From Octopus vulgaris (Eukaryota), in NCBI GenBank assembly GCA_951406725.2, contig OX597814.1, forward strand, positions 201,438,001-201,502,000: 64,000 nt of DNA, in the 5' to 3' direction. The position numbers and the translations under genes were made by a program. The notes below the pieces were generated by a model. It made no database searches. It worked only from the letters and a program-made list of their open reading frames with translations, and was not told where the DNA came from. Below, piece after piece: positions 39,841-53,582 of this stretch (position 1 is its first letter; every line of letters starts with the position of its first letter).

Positions 39841-40540
39841 TGCTGCTGCTGCTGTTCTCCCCTAGTCCGAGCTGATGAAGTAAACGAATGACGAAAGCTA
39901 TTTGAGCCTTGAGCATTTTAGCCTTCTTAATGTCCATCAACACTGCCTACCCTTCCTTTGTTGTGGAGATGCTTTAGCCTTTCTTATTACAAGGCAACCT
40001 CACTAATGCTGGTGCCACAGACAAAAACATAAAAAGAGAAAAAAAATCCAGGTTCACTGTGTAAAGTGGATGATGTTAGGAAGAGGCATCCAGTCACAGA
40101 AAGCAAATTTAAACTGAAATATTGGAGCACGATGTGGTCCTCTCTACTTAACCATCTGACCCATGCTGGCATGACATCTAGAAGTAAAACGATGATGATG
40201 GTGATGGTGTTAGTGATGGTGACATCAACATCAAAGATGATGATGATGATGACGATGATGTTGATGATGATGATGATGATGGTGATGTTGATGGTGATGG
40301 TGACATCAACAACATCAAAAATGATGATTGATGATGACGATGATGTTGATGATGACATCAACAACATCAAAGATGATGATGATGATGATGATGATAAAGA
40401 TGATGGTGATGATGGTGGTGACGTCAGCCACATTAAAGATGCTGCTGCTGCTGATGATGATATGAAGAGTGAGAAAGAGAGAGAGCATTCCACAGAAACT
40501 ATCAAAGGCTTTTCTGACATCAAATAGTGAAGAGTATGTA

Positions 40541-40574
<34 letters not shown>

Positions 40575-41126
40575 CTGTACTTTGTAAAAGCTTTTTAAAG
40601 ACATTTCTTTTATTCTGCTATTTACATGAACCAAATATGAAGTTGCTATACTTATGGCAAGGACTCGTACATGTAATTGCTTCTATACATAGAAGACGCA
40701 GAGGGTGACACTATAAATATTTGAACATCTCTTGAAATATACAGAATATACCATAATTCTTTTATAACAATCAGAATAGGACATTTTTGGCTTTATATTT
40801 TGCATATTATGGCAAATAATTTTTGCAGTTTCAGATATTTTGAGAAAAAATACCAGTCTTTTTTTCATTCCAAATACTTTTTAATTACTTAAAAAATGTT
40901 CGCCATTTTGATCTAGTTACTGCTAAGTTGGATAATTTATATATCTGTAGCAATCCAAAATAAATCATTTGACGATAAGCACTGAAAAATGACTTTGCAT
41001 CAAAACTAAAAATAAGATTTTACACAGATTTGATAGATTTCACTCTGTATGGTGTGTTATATAATTTTCCTCATACAGTTATCGTCAAAACTACACCACA
41101 AAATGGATTCCTCTAGTTACTGATAA

Positions 41127-41558
41127 ATATATATATAAAGCTAAAGTTGTCTGTGTATGGCAGGTTTGGTAGCCTTCAACAAACACTATCTCCTCCGAGA
41201 CCCTGCGGTGCAAGTTGACCAAAATTGAGAGTATGATAGAAGAAGGCTTGCTCTTCCTTCTGTAGAAGAAAAATTCAAATCGGACCATTTTATTTACATC
41301 AAAATTATTTACAAAATTTACGAAATTATTTACAAAATTTACAAAATTATTTACATCAAAAAGGTGCTTTTTTTCTATGAAAATCCCTAGCTTTTACGGT
41401 TTTTTTACTGCTGTGTCGCCATTTTTCGGTGTAGTTCAACCAGAAAAATGTTCACTTAAAGAGAATAACATGCTACATAATGCAAAATTTTTACTTTTCA
41501 AAAATTCCAATTTTAAAGGGTTGAAACAAACCCAAGCAACGCTAGGCGATACTGCTAG
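41127..41558 (+). mobile_element. Non-autonomous Helitron related to 22708-23222
   Basis: Shared 3' end 'acaaaccc.agcaacgc..ggcgatactgCTAG|T'; similar 5' tatatataaa start. Confidence 0.75.
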
Positions 41559-41937
41559 TATAAATATATTTATGCATCCGATTTCAAATGAGCAGAGACA
41601 CAGCTCTTTGAAATTGTGACTCTACAGTTGTCTGACTTGTGTGTTTTCACAGTAAAGACTGTATGCACCAAGTTGATTTAGATGAAGGCTATAAACAGAT
41701 ACGGTTGTACATAGGGTAAATGTGTTTGAAAGTTGTGGTTTCTTTGATATGTTTGTTCCCAAGCAAAACTTAATTTAGTGCTGTTGACACTGCTGGATTG
41801 AATGGTACTGTGCAGGTGTCGAAACCATAATGATATCTGTGGGGCAGCTGATGATGGAGGTATATTGGATTGTTGGTGTAGCTGTTTTGTATGTGTGGAA
41901 TAGTATTATAACACATCGTTTTGAAATAAGTATTATA

Positions 41938-42275
41938 TGTGGATGGATGGAGTGAGGAAAGCTTTGGTGGTCAGAGGTGTTGGAGTGAGAGAGGCAAGAG
42001 AGTTTATAAATGATAGCAAAGCTTAGAGCGTGTTTGTGGATGGAAGAGTGAATTTGATGTTGCTCAAAGGGGTATGGAACCAGCATGATGCGGTGGGGGA
42101 AAAGCAGCATATGCTGTCGGGTCCCGATGCTATATCGGAGGTTGCATTTTATGCCTTGACTCGAGCATAGAACAGGGCTCGTCTTTTTGAGCTGGGAAGT
42201 GAATGGAATGCGTGGTGTGTGTCTTGTTGTGGCTAACCCCACCTAAAAAACTGGGTAATAGGCTTGGGTATATAA
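41938..42275 (+). mobile_element. RTE LINE 3' end
   Basis: Highly similar to 20040-20380. Confidence 0.85.
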
Positions 42276-42349
42276 AAAAATACATTTACATACACACAAA
42301 CACACAGCAAGCATTTGTGTATATGTGTGTGTGTGTCTGTGTGTGTATT

Positions 42350-42725
42350 CATTTATTCTTTTATTTGTTTCAGTCATTTGACTGTGGCCATGCTGGAACA
42401 CTACCTTTAATCAAGCAAATTGGCCCTAGGACTTATTCTTTGGAAGCCTAGTTCTTATACTAAGTCTTGTTTGCCGAACTGTTAGGTTACAGGGATGTAA
42501 ACACACCATCATCGGTTGTCAAGCAATGTTTTGGGGGGGACAAACACAGACACACAAATATATATATATGTTTATATATATATATATATACAACGGGCTT
42601 CTTTCAGTTTCCATCTACCAAATCCACTCACAATTTGGTCAGCACAAGGCTTTTAGTAGAAGACACTTGCCCAAGGTGCCATGCAGTGGGACTGAACCAG
42701 GAACCATGTGGCTGGTAAGCAAGCT
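42350..42725 (-). mobile_element. SINE S2
   Basis: Family match. Confidence 0.8.
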
Positions 42726-43047
42726 AGTACCAGCATTGCTAGAAATAATAGTCAAATGACTCAGAAACCATAGTTATCACTTATACACACTGGTGAATTC
42801 AAGGAAAGAGTAATTTGAAAAGCCAACTTACCAATAATGAGTAAAATCGCAAATGATTTTGCAGATGTACTCATATCACGTGGTTTCGACCTCTGTGATA
42901 AACACTTATTTCTCATCAGTTAGTATTGCTGCAGAGGGCTAAGGATACTTGCATCACCATCTGTGTATTGACCATTTGAATGCAGCAGCAAATTCAAAAA
43001 TAATTGAAGTGTATAAAATTATAAAAATATATGAAGATATTATTATT

Positions 43048-43425
<378 letters not shown>

Positions 43426-45420
43426 AAGTGGCTAGCAAGCATATTAGATGCAGCACAAAGTTTTGTCAGTGAATGGGTCACAGTTTCAAAGCGAAGAAAA
43501 TATTTTTACAAGGTTGGAATACAAATCCTACCACGACTTCTTTTACTTGCCTTTTACAACCTGCAGAATAAACAATGGGTCTATTCTTTGGCATTCTGAG
43601 GCCCCGCCCACCCACACAGTTTTGAGATACATTTATCATTGGATAAATGAATTGGAAAACATGAAAACAAAGACTTTAAAAAATATTAAGCCTGCATTTT
43701 CAAAGCATCACAGAGGAGGAGTTTGAACATCCTGCTCAGGTATAAACATAAAAGACATTGCCATTGTTGGGAATGTATCGGATCTAAACCAAGGTTTGCC
43801 TTCCTTTGCTAAACACTATAACTTTTCCAAGATTAGCATTTACCTTATAAGTCATTGTGATTTAAAAAGGATTAAAGTTATCATTTAACCCTATAAATCA
43901 TTGATATAAAAGTCAATAATCCTACAGTACAAGAGGAGAAGCTAAGCTATAAAATTAAACGTGTCGTGTTTATTTCAGGCTGGTTTATGCTTAGATAAAA
44001 TTATGCAAGAATTTATCACGTTTAAAAGAGTGCAAGCATGTTTAAAGCTCAGCTGTGTCACTGCTGCATTATCACCATAAAACTGTTCAGTTATAAGTTT
44101 GTTGTGAATTCAAGAGAACGTTTGATTTATTTTGTTGTCGATGTATGATATTATTTAGTTAAAGCCATTGTTAAATATTGCATTCACTGGCAAAATTAAT
44201 GGTGATTAAAATAAGAAGATTTTCGTGATATCAAGCCATGCAGTGAAAGGAACGTTTGCTGCATGCATGAAGAGATATGAACAAGTAATAAATTACAAAA
44301 TATCATAGACATACTTCTCCAACATTTCACATATTGAAACCTGATTGTAGTTGATGCTTGAAACCTTATTGTAGATTCAGACATAAAGCTAGCACAATAA
44401 ATAAGCTAAATAGTTATGTTTCTGTTCATATTTACTAGTCTTCTTCTGTTTGGCAAATAGTTAATGTCCAGCAGATAATTTATTGATTTTTCAGACCAAT
44501 GTCAATAAAATGTGTTTTAACTTAATGCAGTAAAATGAACAAACTGCATTAAAGAATAATTTCTTATCGACAGGAAAAATATAATCAAGACCAAAAACGA
44601 AATCTATTTATCTTTCTTTCTAAATATACTTCCTCAGTTCAAGAAATAAATCTATATTTCTTTTGTGTTAATATTTAAATTATGAAATGTAGGCCAAAAT
44701 CATGAAATATAGGGCAATCAGAAGCAAAATACTTAATTAAATTATAGCAGCTAGGGGCTGTGGGTCAAAGGATAATCAGGTGATCACGGGAGCATCCTGT
44801 CTAATTTGCAATTGGCCCATAGGGACAGGTAGACTTGTAACTAAAATAGACACAAGCACTAAATTGGCAGAGTTGTAGAAAATTGGGTAAAATTCATACT
44901 GGTAATTCTACATACTGTTTCTCTACACTGTGAGTTCAAATCCCATTGTGGTAAATTTTAACTTTCAGGGTCAATAGATAAAAAAATTAATCCAAGATGG
45001 TGAATTGGCGGAACTGTTACAGCATCAGATGAGATGCTTTGAAGTATTTGTTCCAGCTTTTTGTGTTCTGAGATTCAATCCCGCCATGGCCTACATGGGC
45101 AATAGACTTAATCCGTCCCCTTGGTTGCCTGTAGCAGGGTCTACTTTGTTACAAGCATTCAGGCCATAGTTCTGGTTTGAGGATACATTTTTACATCCCA
45201 ATCTCACCTCTCACAAGCCTCAGAAGCCTAGTAAAGGACCATGGACATTTCCTTCTCCCTCGAATAAAAGGTGACAAAAAGAGATGTAGCTGATTTGAAA
45301 CTGAATTGCTGGACAGCCATGTGAATATCTCATTGACATCACGATTATTTCCCATCATTCACTGATAAACTGACCAATCAGTGTCAAACCATCACATGAT
45401 TCAACTTTTTAGAACTTTAC

Positions 45421-45592
45421 AGTTCTATATTTAAGAGATAAGGAATTATGTACATTATTTACATTATTTACATTTGACAGATACTTGTCCTCATCTTGTT
45501 TGTTGTTAACACATTTCAGGTGTTTTGGGGAAATTTCGAACCTGGGTTCTCATTCCTAAGGTATTTTTCGATGTTGTTGTTATTATTATTGC

Positions 45593-45691
<99 letters not shown>

Positions 45692-45785
45692 CATTCAGGT
45701 CACTGCCTGGAATTGAACTTGGAATCTTGGGGTTAGTATCCCACACTTTTAACCCCAAGATTCCAAGCTCAGTTCCAGGAAGTGA

Positions 45786-45835
<50 letters not shown>

Positions 45836-45923
45836 TCGATAAATACCTTAGAAATGACAACCCAGGTTCAAAATTTCCCCATGACACCTAATGAAGGCTG
45901 GAGGGTATATCAGCTGAAACGTC
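45421..45923. mobile_element. Family A inverted dimer; both hammerheads damaged
   Basis: Minus tail-(ATT)n-head, junction at ~45750, plus head-(AAT)n-tail; left HHR lacks stem II, right has CTAATGA. Confidence 0.85.
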
Positions 45924-45944
45924 AAATTGCCTGAAAACACATTT

Positions 45945-46290
45945 AGTTATATATTTTTGTATAGTTACTTTTAGGCACCATTGCCCATTCGATTAAAGAG
46001 TTGTTGTTTGCAGCAGTATATCCGGGTGTAGGTGGTTTATCTGGAATTTGTTGGAGATATTCATCCAGGAACTTTCTGAAGGTATTGAAATCTTTTTCTT
46101 TCTTTAAATGTTTTGCAATGATGTTAAAAAGAGCAGGCCCAGTTGAGGAGACGTAGTTCTGTCTTAGTGTTGTGATGTGCTGTGAGCACGATTTCTGTAG
46201 GGGATGCATACCACGGGGATCAAGCCTTGGGTGGATTTTAAAAGTGATACCGATATCATTTGGGCAATACTGTCGGAACAATTTCAACAT
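45945..46290 (-). mobile_element. CR1-like LINE 3' region
   Basis: HPRLDPRG...GPALFNII...LDEYLQQIPDKPPTPGY...NSLIEW. Confidence 0.7.
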
Positions 46291-46291
46291 A

Positions 46292-46458
46292 GGCGTAGGA
46301 GTGGCTGTGTAGTAAGTAGCTTGCTTACGAACCGCATGGTTCCAGGTTCAGTCCCACTGCATGGCACCTTGGGCAAGTGTCTTCTACTATAGCGTTGAGC
46401 CAACCAAAGCCTTGTGAGTGGATTTGGTCGACAGAAACTGAAAGAAGCCCATCATGTA

Positions 46459-46539
<81 letters not shown>

Positions 46540-46781
46540 GTGTGTGTGTGTGTTTGTGTGTGTATATTTGTATGTGTATGTTTGTGTGACTGTGCTTGTC
46601 CCCCCACATCGCTTGACAACCGACGCTGGTGTGTTTCCATCCCCGTAACTTAGCGGTTCGGCAAAAGAGACCGATAGAATAAGTACTAGGCTTACAAAGA
46701 CTAGGTCCTAGGATCGATTTGTCCGACTAAAGGCGGTGCTCCAGCACGGCCACAGTCAAACGACTGAAACAAGTAAAAGTA
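46292..46781 (+). mobile_element. SINE S2
   Basis: Family match, full length. Confidence 0.85.
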
Positions 46782-47238
46782 GAAGTATCACACAAATAAT
46801 AAAGCACTCTCGGTGGCTCTAGATCAGCACAGAAAAAAAGAAAATTATGTGCAGTAAATATAGCTTCTGTTGACTGATTGTGAATATTGGCTTCGACCAA
46901 CAAGCAAACACTACTTTACAACAGAGGAAAAGAGATAAACCAGCATGGTAAAGAAATATTAGGAGTATTTGTTTTGAAAATAATTTCTGTGAGTAAAAAA
47001 AGTATGTTTGTTTTTGTGCCACTGACTGGGAGAAAATTATTGAAAGCCTAAAAAAAAAATATGGTCTTTTTTTTCTATTAGTATGGCTGTGTGGTAAGGA
47101 GCTTGCTTCACAACCACATGGTTCTGGGTTCATACATACATACATACATACATACATACACGCACACACACACACACACATATATATATATCATATACAT
47201 ATACATATATATTATATACATACATACATATATATTAT

Positions 47239-47324
<86 letters not shown>

Positions 47325-47326
<2 letters not shown>

Positions 47327-47492
47327 GGAAAATTCACAAAAAAACGAAAGACAAAGACAGGTGGTGTAGACAGCAAACAGATGTATTAGTATAACACTCG
47401 GATGGTGAAAAAGTCTTTAACGTTTCGAACCTATGCTCTTTTACAGAAAGGAAAACAGAAAGAAACAAGGAGAGAAAATAAAGAATGTGTGT
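47325..47492 (-). mobile_element. Short PLE 3'-end copy with family B hammerhead (47414-47451, CUGUAAA), inserted in the (TA)n of an S2 SINE
   Basis: Homologous to 6045-6236. Confidence 0.7.
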
Positions 47493-48301
47493 ATATATAT
47501 ATGTATATGTATATGTGTGTGTGTCTTTGTGTCCAGTTTTGGCCCCCACCACTGCACGACAGCAGGTATTGGTGTGTTCACATCCCTGTAACTTAGCAGC
47601 TCAGCAAAACATACTAACGGAATAAATACCAAGTTTATAAAAAGAAAAAGCAAATACTGGGGTTGATTCATTCAACTAAAATGGCTTCAAGGCAGTGCTC
47701 CAGCATGGCCGCAGTCTAATGACTGACGCAAGCAAAAGATAAAAGAGAAAGAGGAATTAGAACATCCTGGTCAGATAATAGAACAGTGATTTGCAGATAC
47801 TCAATAACAGTATACATACCTTTAGATAACTGATCAATTTATGGAAACCTTTGATACCTGCCTTCATAAATGTTGCTGTATTGCATCACCGAGCAAGACA
47901 TTAATTACAAATTTCAGAAGGTTTTAATGGCTAATTAATAAACAATGATTTCACTTAAGGTGTGTTTGGTTAGCAATAAAACTGCTAATTACCAATATAT
48001 CAAGTACCTCCAATGGATGAAGAAGTGTGAGAGAAAGGAATCGTTTTTAAATGGGTAATGAAGTGTGGTGAGGCATCTGAGCATTCAGAAATGATTAGAA
48101 AGAGGAAGAAATGTCGGTTATGTATAAGGGCAGAACGGTGGTGCTCCACTGGGTCTGGGATCAAAGCCAAAGCATGTTTTTAAAGAGCCCAGTTGATAGA
48201 AAATGTACAGGGCTGGCAGCAGGAGGTGTTCAGTGTAATCAGTTTATACATTTAGAAAATCAGAAGGAATACAACAGTGTGGTAGAATAAGGGAAACCAT
48301 G

Positions 48302-48709
48302 TGGTGAGCTGAAACGTTAGCGCACCAGGCGAAATGCTTTGTGGTATTTCATCTGCCGCTATGTTCTGAGTTCAAATTCCGCCGAGTTCGACTTTGCCTT
48401 TCATCCTTTCGGGTCGATTAAATAAGTACCAGTTATGCACTGGGATCGATCTAATCAACTTAATCCCTTTGTCTGTCCTTGTTTGTCCTCTCTGTGTTTA
48501 GCCCCTTGTGGATACTAAAGAATTAGGTATTTCGTCTGCCGCTACGTTCTGAGTTCAAATTCTGCCTAGGTTGACTTTGCCTTTCAACCTTTCGGGGTCG
48601 ATAAATTAAGTACCAGTTATGCACTGGCGTCGATATAATCGGCTTAATCCGTTTGTCTGTCCTTGTTTGTCCCCTCTGTGTGTAGCCCCTTGTGGGCAGT
48701 AAAGAAATA
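48302..48709 (+). mobile_element. SINE S1 dimer with 18-bp TSD
   Basis: agaataagggaaaccatg at 48284-48301 and 48710-48727. Confidence 0.9.
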
Positions 48710-49015
48710 AGAATAAGGGAAACCATGAATATTGGTTCGAAATTTTGACGTAAGGCCAGCAATTTGTGTGGGGGAGGGGGGAGGGGGCGGTAAGTTGATC
48801 TCATTGACCCCCAGTATTCAACTGGTACTTCTTTTATCGATCTTGATTCTTGATTCAGAACATAAAAACAAACAAAATACTGCAAAGCATTTTCTCTGTT
48901 GTGCTAACGATTCTGCCAAGTCGCCATCTTGGTAGGCACGAATATTGCTGGGGATGAAAGAGGAAAAGAGTGTTCATGTCCGACAGGAGGGTATACTGAG
49001 GAAATGAATAACTCT

Positions 49016-49103
49016 TTATCAGAAGGGTAGTCATGATGGGTATACTGGGCTTCGTATATTTTACCCCAGTGTCACTTTGATGGCATGCACTGCTCTCTCA
49101 CTC
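49016..49103 (+). mobile_element. Family T retroposon 3' fragment
   Basis: Ends ctctcactc-aataataa. Confidence 0.7.
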
Positions 49104-49109
49104 AATAAT

Positions 49110-49702
49110 AAGGAAGTAGGGGAGGAAGGGGGAGAGAGAACAGGAGAAAGGAAAAGAAAAAGAAGAGAAGAAGAGGAGGAAGGGAAGGAGGGTAGGCGGA
49201 AGAAGAGGAGGGAGGAGGAAGGAGAAGAAGAGGATGTGGGGGAAGTGGAAGGGGAGGAAAGGAAGGAGGATAGGGAGAAGAAGAGGAGGAAGGGCGGTAG
49301 GGAGGAGGTAGAAGAGGAAGAAGTGGGGAGGAAAGGAGGAGGTAGAAGAGGAAGAAGTGGGGAGGAAAGGAGGAGGAGAAAGAAGATGTTGAGGAAGGAG
49401 AGGAAGGGATGGAGGAGAAATGGAGGAGGCAGAAGAGGAAGTAGAAGAGGTACATGGAGAAAAGGAGGAGGAGAAAGAAGAAGAGGTGGAAAAAGAGAAG
49501 GAGGAGAAGAAGAAGGAGGAGAAGGAGGAGAAGGAGGAGAAGGAGGAGAAGGAGGAGAAGAAGGAGAAGGAGGAGGAGGTGGAAGAAGAAGGAGAAGGTG
49601 GAGGAGAGGGAGGAGGAGGAGACTGGCGAAGAGGAGGTGGAGGGAAAAGAGAAAAGGAAGAAGAAGAAGAAGAAGAAGAAGAAGAAGAAGAAGAAGAAGA
49701 AG
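49110..49702. repeat. ~600-bp polypurine (GGA/GAA) tract
   Basis: Direct reading. Confidence 0.95.
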
Positions 49703-50219
49703 ATTACAGAAGTGGCAGCGGTACTGTTGCAGCACAACGTTCATTCTTTGAAACCAGTTCAAATTTGAATTTAAAAGAAAAGAAAAGAGAAAAAAAGGAA
49801 AACACGATGGCGGATCGATATTTCTCTGTCCTTCCCCTTCACCAATAAATATAGTCTGAAGAATCGAATGAGAAATATTTCCGAAAATATTCACTGAACT
49901 CGATGCCATTTTTGGTCAGCCAATTGGTCAGTTGGTGACGATGTCGTTGTTTGTTATTTATTTGACATTGACAAAGCACTTGTATCTCTTATCTCGCTTC
50001 CCCTGCATCCTTCACCAAACAACACTGACATGCACAGATGCACATTCGTTGTGCAGCCTCTAATGCGCAATTTATTGCCAACTGAAAGAGAAAAGCAGAG
50101 GCTGGGGGCTCCAGGTCATCGTTGGGGAGCGGCTTCTTTGTGTTTTCTTCCAAATTCAAAGACAACCAATGCGAATGGATAAATATCACACTGGCACACT
50201 ATGCTTTATCGCCACTGCC

Positions 50220-50559
50220 ATAACCATCGCTATCATCTTCAACATCATCATCATCATCATCATCATCGTCATCGTTGTCATCATAATAATCATCATCATC
50301 ATCATTGTCATTGTCGTCCTCGTCATCATCATCATCATCATTGTCATCATCATCGTTGTCGTGGTTGTCGTCGTTGTCATCGTCAACATCTTCGTCGTCG
50401 TTATCATCATCGTCATCATCATCATCGTTGTCGTCGTCGTCATCGTCATCATCCACATCCTCATCGACATAAATCATCGTCATCTTCATCGTCGTCATCA
50501 TCATCATCATCATCATCACTACCACCGCAAACCGATAACACCCACCCCACCATTATTAC

Positions 50560-50593
<34 letters not shown>

Positions 50594-50717
50594 GATTATT
50601 ATTATTATAATCAACATATCCTCATTCTCTTTTGCCTAGACTTTATCGCTGTCGATTTCCTCTTCCCCCTTCCTTCTCATCATCATCATCATCGCCACCA
50701 TTACCACCCTCATCATC

Positions 50718-50751
<34 letters not shown>

Positions 50752-50798
50752 ACACCACCACCACCATCATCATCACCACCACCATCATCATCATCATC

Positions 50799-50832
<34 letters not shown>

Positions 50833-51214
50833 CCACCACCACCATCATCATCATCATCACCACCACCACCACCACCATCATCCTCATCATCATCATCATC
50901 ACCACCACCACCGCCACCATCATCATCATCATCATTATGGTAAATTCTATTTTGGGACGTCGTTACTCATTCATCAATTATAGCTAAAACAGTTATCGTC
51001 GTGGTGGCTTTTATTGAAAAATCATCATCACCACTATCATCATCATCCTCATCATCGTCGTGGTCGTCGTGGCCGTCATCGCCTTTTCTGTGAGCAATCA
51101 AGGCAGAAGAAACTAAGGCAAGATTCAATAACAATAACAAATATCAACGAGTCCCTTGTTAGTATAATGTTAATAACCATAAATTATAACAGGAATACAC
51201 ACATCTACATATAT

Positions 51215-51249
<35 letters not shown>

Positions 51250-51603
51250 CACATACACAGGCACATACACACAAATATACAAATATATATATGAATGTAT
51301 GTATATGTATATGTACATAAGTATTTATTTGTGTATATATATATGCGTATATATATGCGTATATATGTAAAACATATATGTATATATATATATACATATA
51401 CGTATATATAAAGCGTATATATATATATATATATATATATTCATATGTATATATGTATATATACATACATATATGCATATGTATATATATATGTATGTAT
51501 ATATATATGTTATGTATATATGTTATGTATATATACATATGTATACATATGAATGTTTGTATTTGTGTATATATGTATATATATATGTATATATATGTAT
51601 ATA

Positions 51604-51668
<65 letters not shown>

Positions 51669-51672
51669 TATG

Positions 51673-51739
<67 letters not shown>

Positions 51740-51785
51740 GTATGTATGGATGTATGGATAGATGCATGCATGCATGTATGTATGG
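50220..51785. repeat. (CAT/CAC/CGT)n tracts followed by TA/TG-rich microsatellite
   Basis: Direct reading; source of the poly-His/Ile/Tyr ORFs. Confidence 0.9.
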
Positions 51786-52013
51786 TGTTTGGTTGTAGTT
51801 GTTAGGCCGAGAGATACCGACCGCACTCAAGATAAAAGGCCATCGCACTGCCGTTTCGTATGAAGGTGAAATGCATTAATTGTTCATGTTGACAAATATA
51901 GGCATGTTGATCAAGAAAGTTAACAATTTATATTTATATGTGTGTGCGTGCATGTGTGTGTGCGTGAGCACGTATGTATGTATGTATATATGTACACGTA
52001 CATACATACATGT

Positions 52014-52208
52014 AGCCGTTGAAGAATTTGGACCTGGAGATCTCCATTTCCAGCGACTTCGAGGGTCACCTCCCAGTGGTGTCGGGCGTCAACGAAGAGC
52101 CCTCGACTACAACAAGACGACCAAAGCATTTTTTTCCCTAAGGTCTGGGGGTCTCCCGCCCCTAAGCCTTAGACCGTCACCTAATCACCCTTACCCGTCT
52201 TGTTGCTT

Positions 52209-52212
<4 letters not shown>
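52014..52212 (-). repeat. Second copy of the structured ~190-bp repeat
   Basis: Inverted relative to 39650-39840; flanked by (AAC)n. Confidence 0.85.
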
Positions 52213-52243
<31 letters not shown>

Positions 52244-52904
52244 CTACATACATGTGAAGTAGAATCTAAAGACACGGTGGTAGTCTGCATTGGCAATTTC
52301 ACTGTATCCTTGCTACACACACAGAGTGTTATATAGTATATATTTTGTTGTATATAGTTATTTTGATGTGTGTAGGCAGGAATGGAAAATGATCAATGAT
52401 TGTTGCTAACAAGCACCACCGTTTTTATTTTGTGTAGTATTTCGTGGAATTCCATCGCGATAAAACAATTACTTGATACAGGAAACCAAAATGACTTTCA
52501 AATATTGGTGTCGGGGTTATTATTTAACCCCTGGGTCCCGACACGCACCACCAACCAATTCTCAAACGATGCTTGCAGCTGTGACCATTCTCACTTCATA
52601 TTAAAATATCACAATTTCTAAAAGTCTTTCTTTCATTCTTCTTATTATTTGTTTCAGTCATTTGACTGAGGCCATGCTGGAGCACCGCCTTTAATCCAGC
52701 AAATCGACTCCAGGACTTATTCTTTGTAAGCCTAGTACTTATTCTATCAGTCTCTTTTTGCCGAACCGCTCAGTTGTCAAGCGTTAGTAAGGCGGGGGAC
52801 AAATACAGACACACAAACATATACACACATACATCTGTCTCTGTCTGTCTGTCTGTCTCTCTTTCTCTCTCTCTCTCTCCCTCCATATATATATAGATCG
52901 GTAG

Positions 52905-53069
52905 CCACTACACACATTTTTTGTCTCCTTGTTTCTTTCTGTGTTCCTTTCTGTAGAAGAGCGTAGACTCTAAACGTAAAAGACGTTTTCAATTCCTGAG
53001 CGTTATACTAATACATCTGATTGTTTTCTACACCACCTGTCTTCGTCTTGTGTTTTTTTCGTGAATTCT

Positions 53070-53073
<4 letters not shown>
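52905..53073 (+). mobile_element. Short PLE 3'-end copy with degenerate family B hammerhead (52946-52983, CUGUAGA)
   Basis: Homologous to 6045-6236; lies inside a split S2 SINE (52640-52830 / 53625-53785). Confidence 0.7.
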
Positions 53074-53113
<40 letters not shown>

Positions 53114-53118
<5 letters not shown>

Positions 53119-53582
53119 GGGCTTAGTAAAATAAATTACTTTGCCGCATACTGAACTCATTAGAAATAGCAGCTAAAAAACTTTTTAAAAACCATTTCTA
53201 ATACTTAAAGAAAATCTCTCTCATATAGTGTTTGGTCAACTCAACTCACGAAAGTTTGGGGGTAAAGACATCAAAAAATCAAAAAAACGTACGTTCTCAA
53301 ATAACCTTTGCATTTGATTTTTTGATGTCTTTACCCCCAAACTTTCGTGAGTTGAGTTGACCAAACACTATATGAGAGAGATTTTCTTTAAGTATTAGAA
53401 ATGGTTTTTAAAAAAGTTTTTTAGCTGCTATTTCTAATGAGTTCAGTATGCGGCAAAGTAATTTATTTTACTAAGCCCTTTTATATATTGTAATAATTTG
53501 AATTCGCCTTAAATGGTCCCTTTGCATACTGAACACTTGGTGAAATTAATTAATAATTAATTAATTTTACCCTCAATTGTTG

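Noticed and set aside
49850-49895. CTGAAGA...GAAATATT hammerhead-like match (also ~24805)
   Set aside because: No stem I pairing; likely chance
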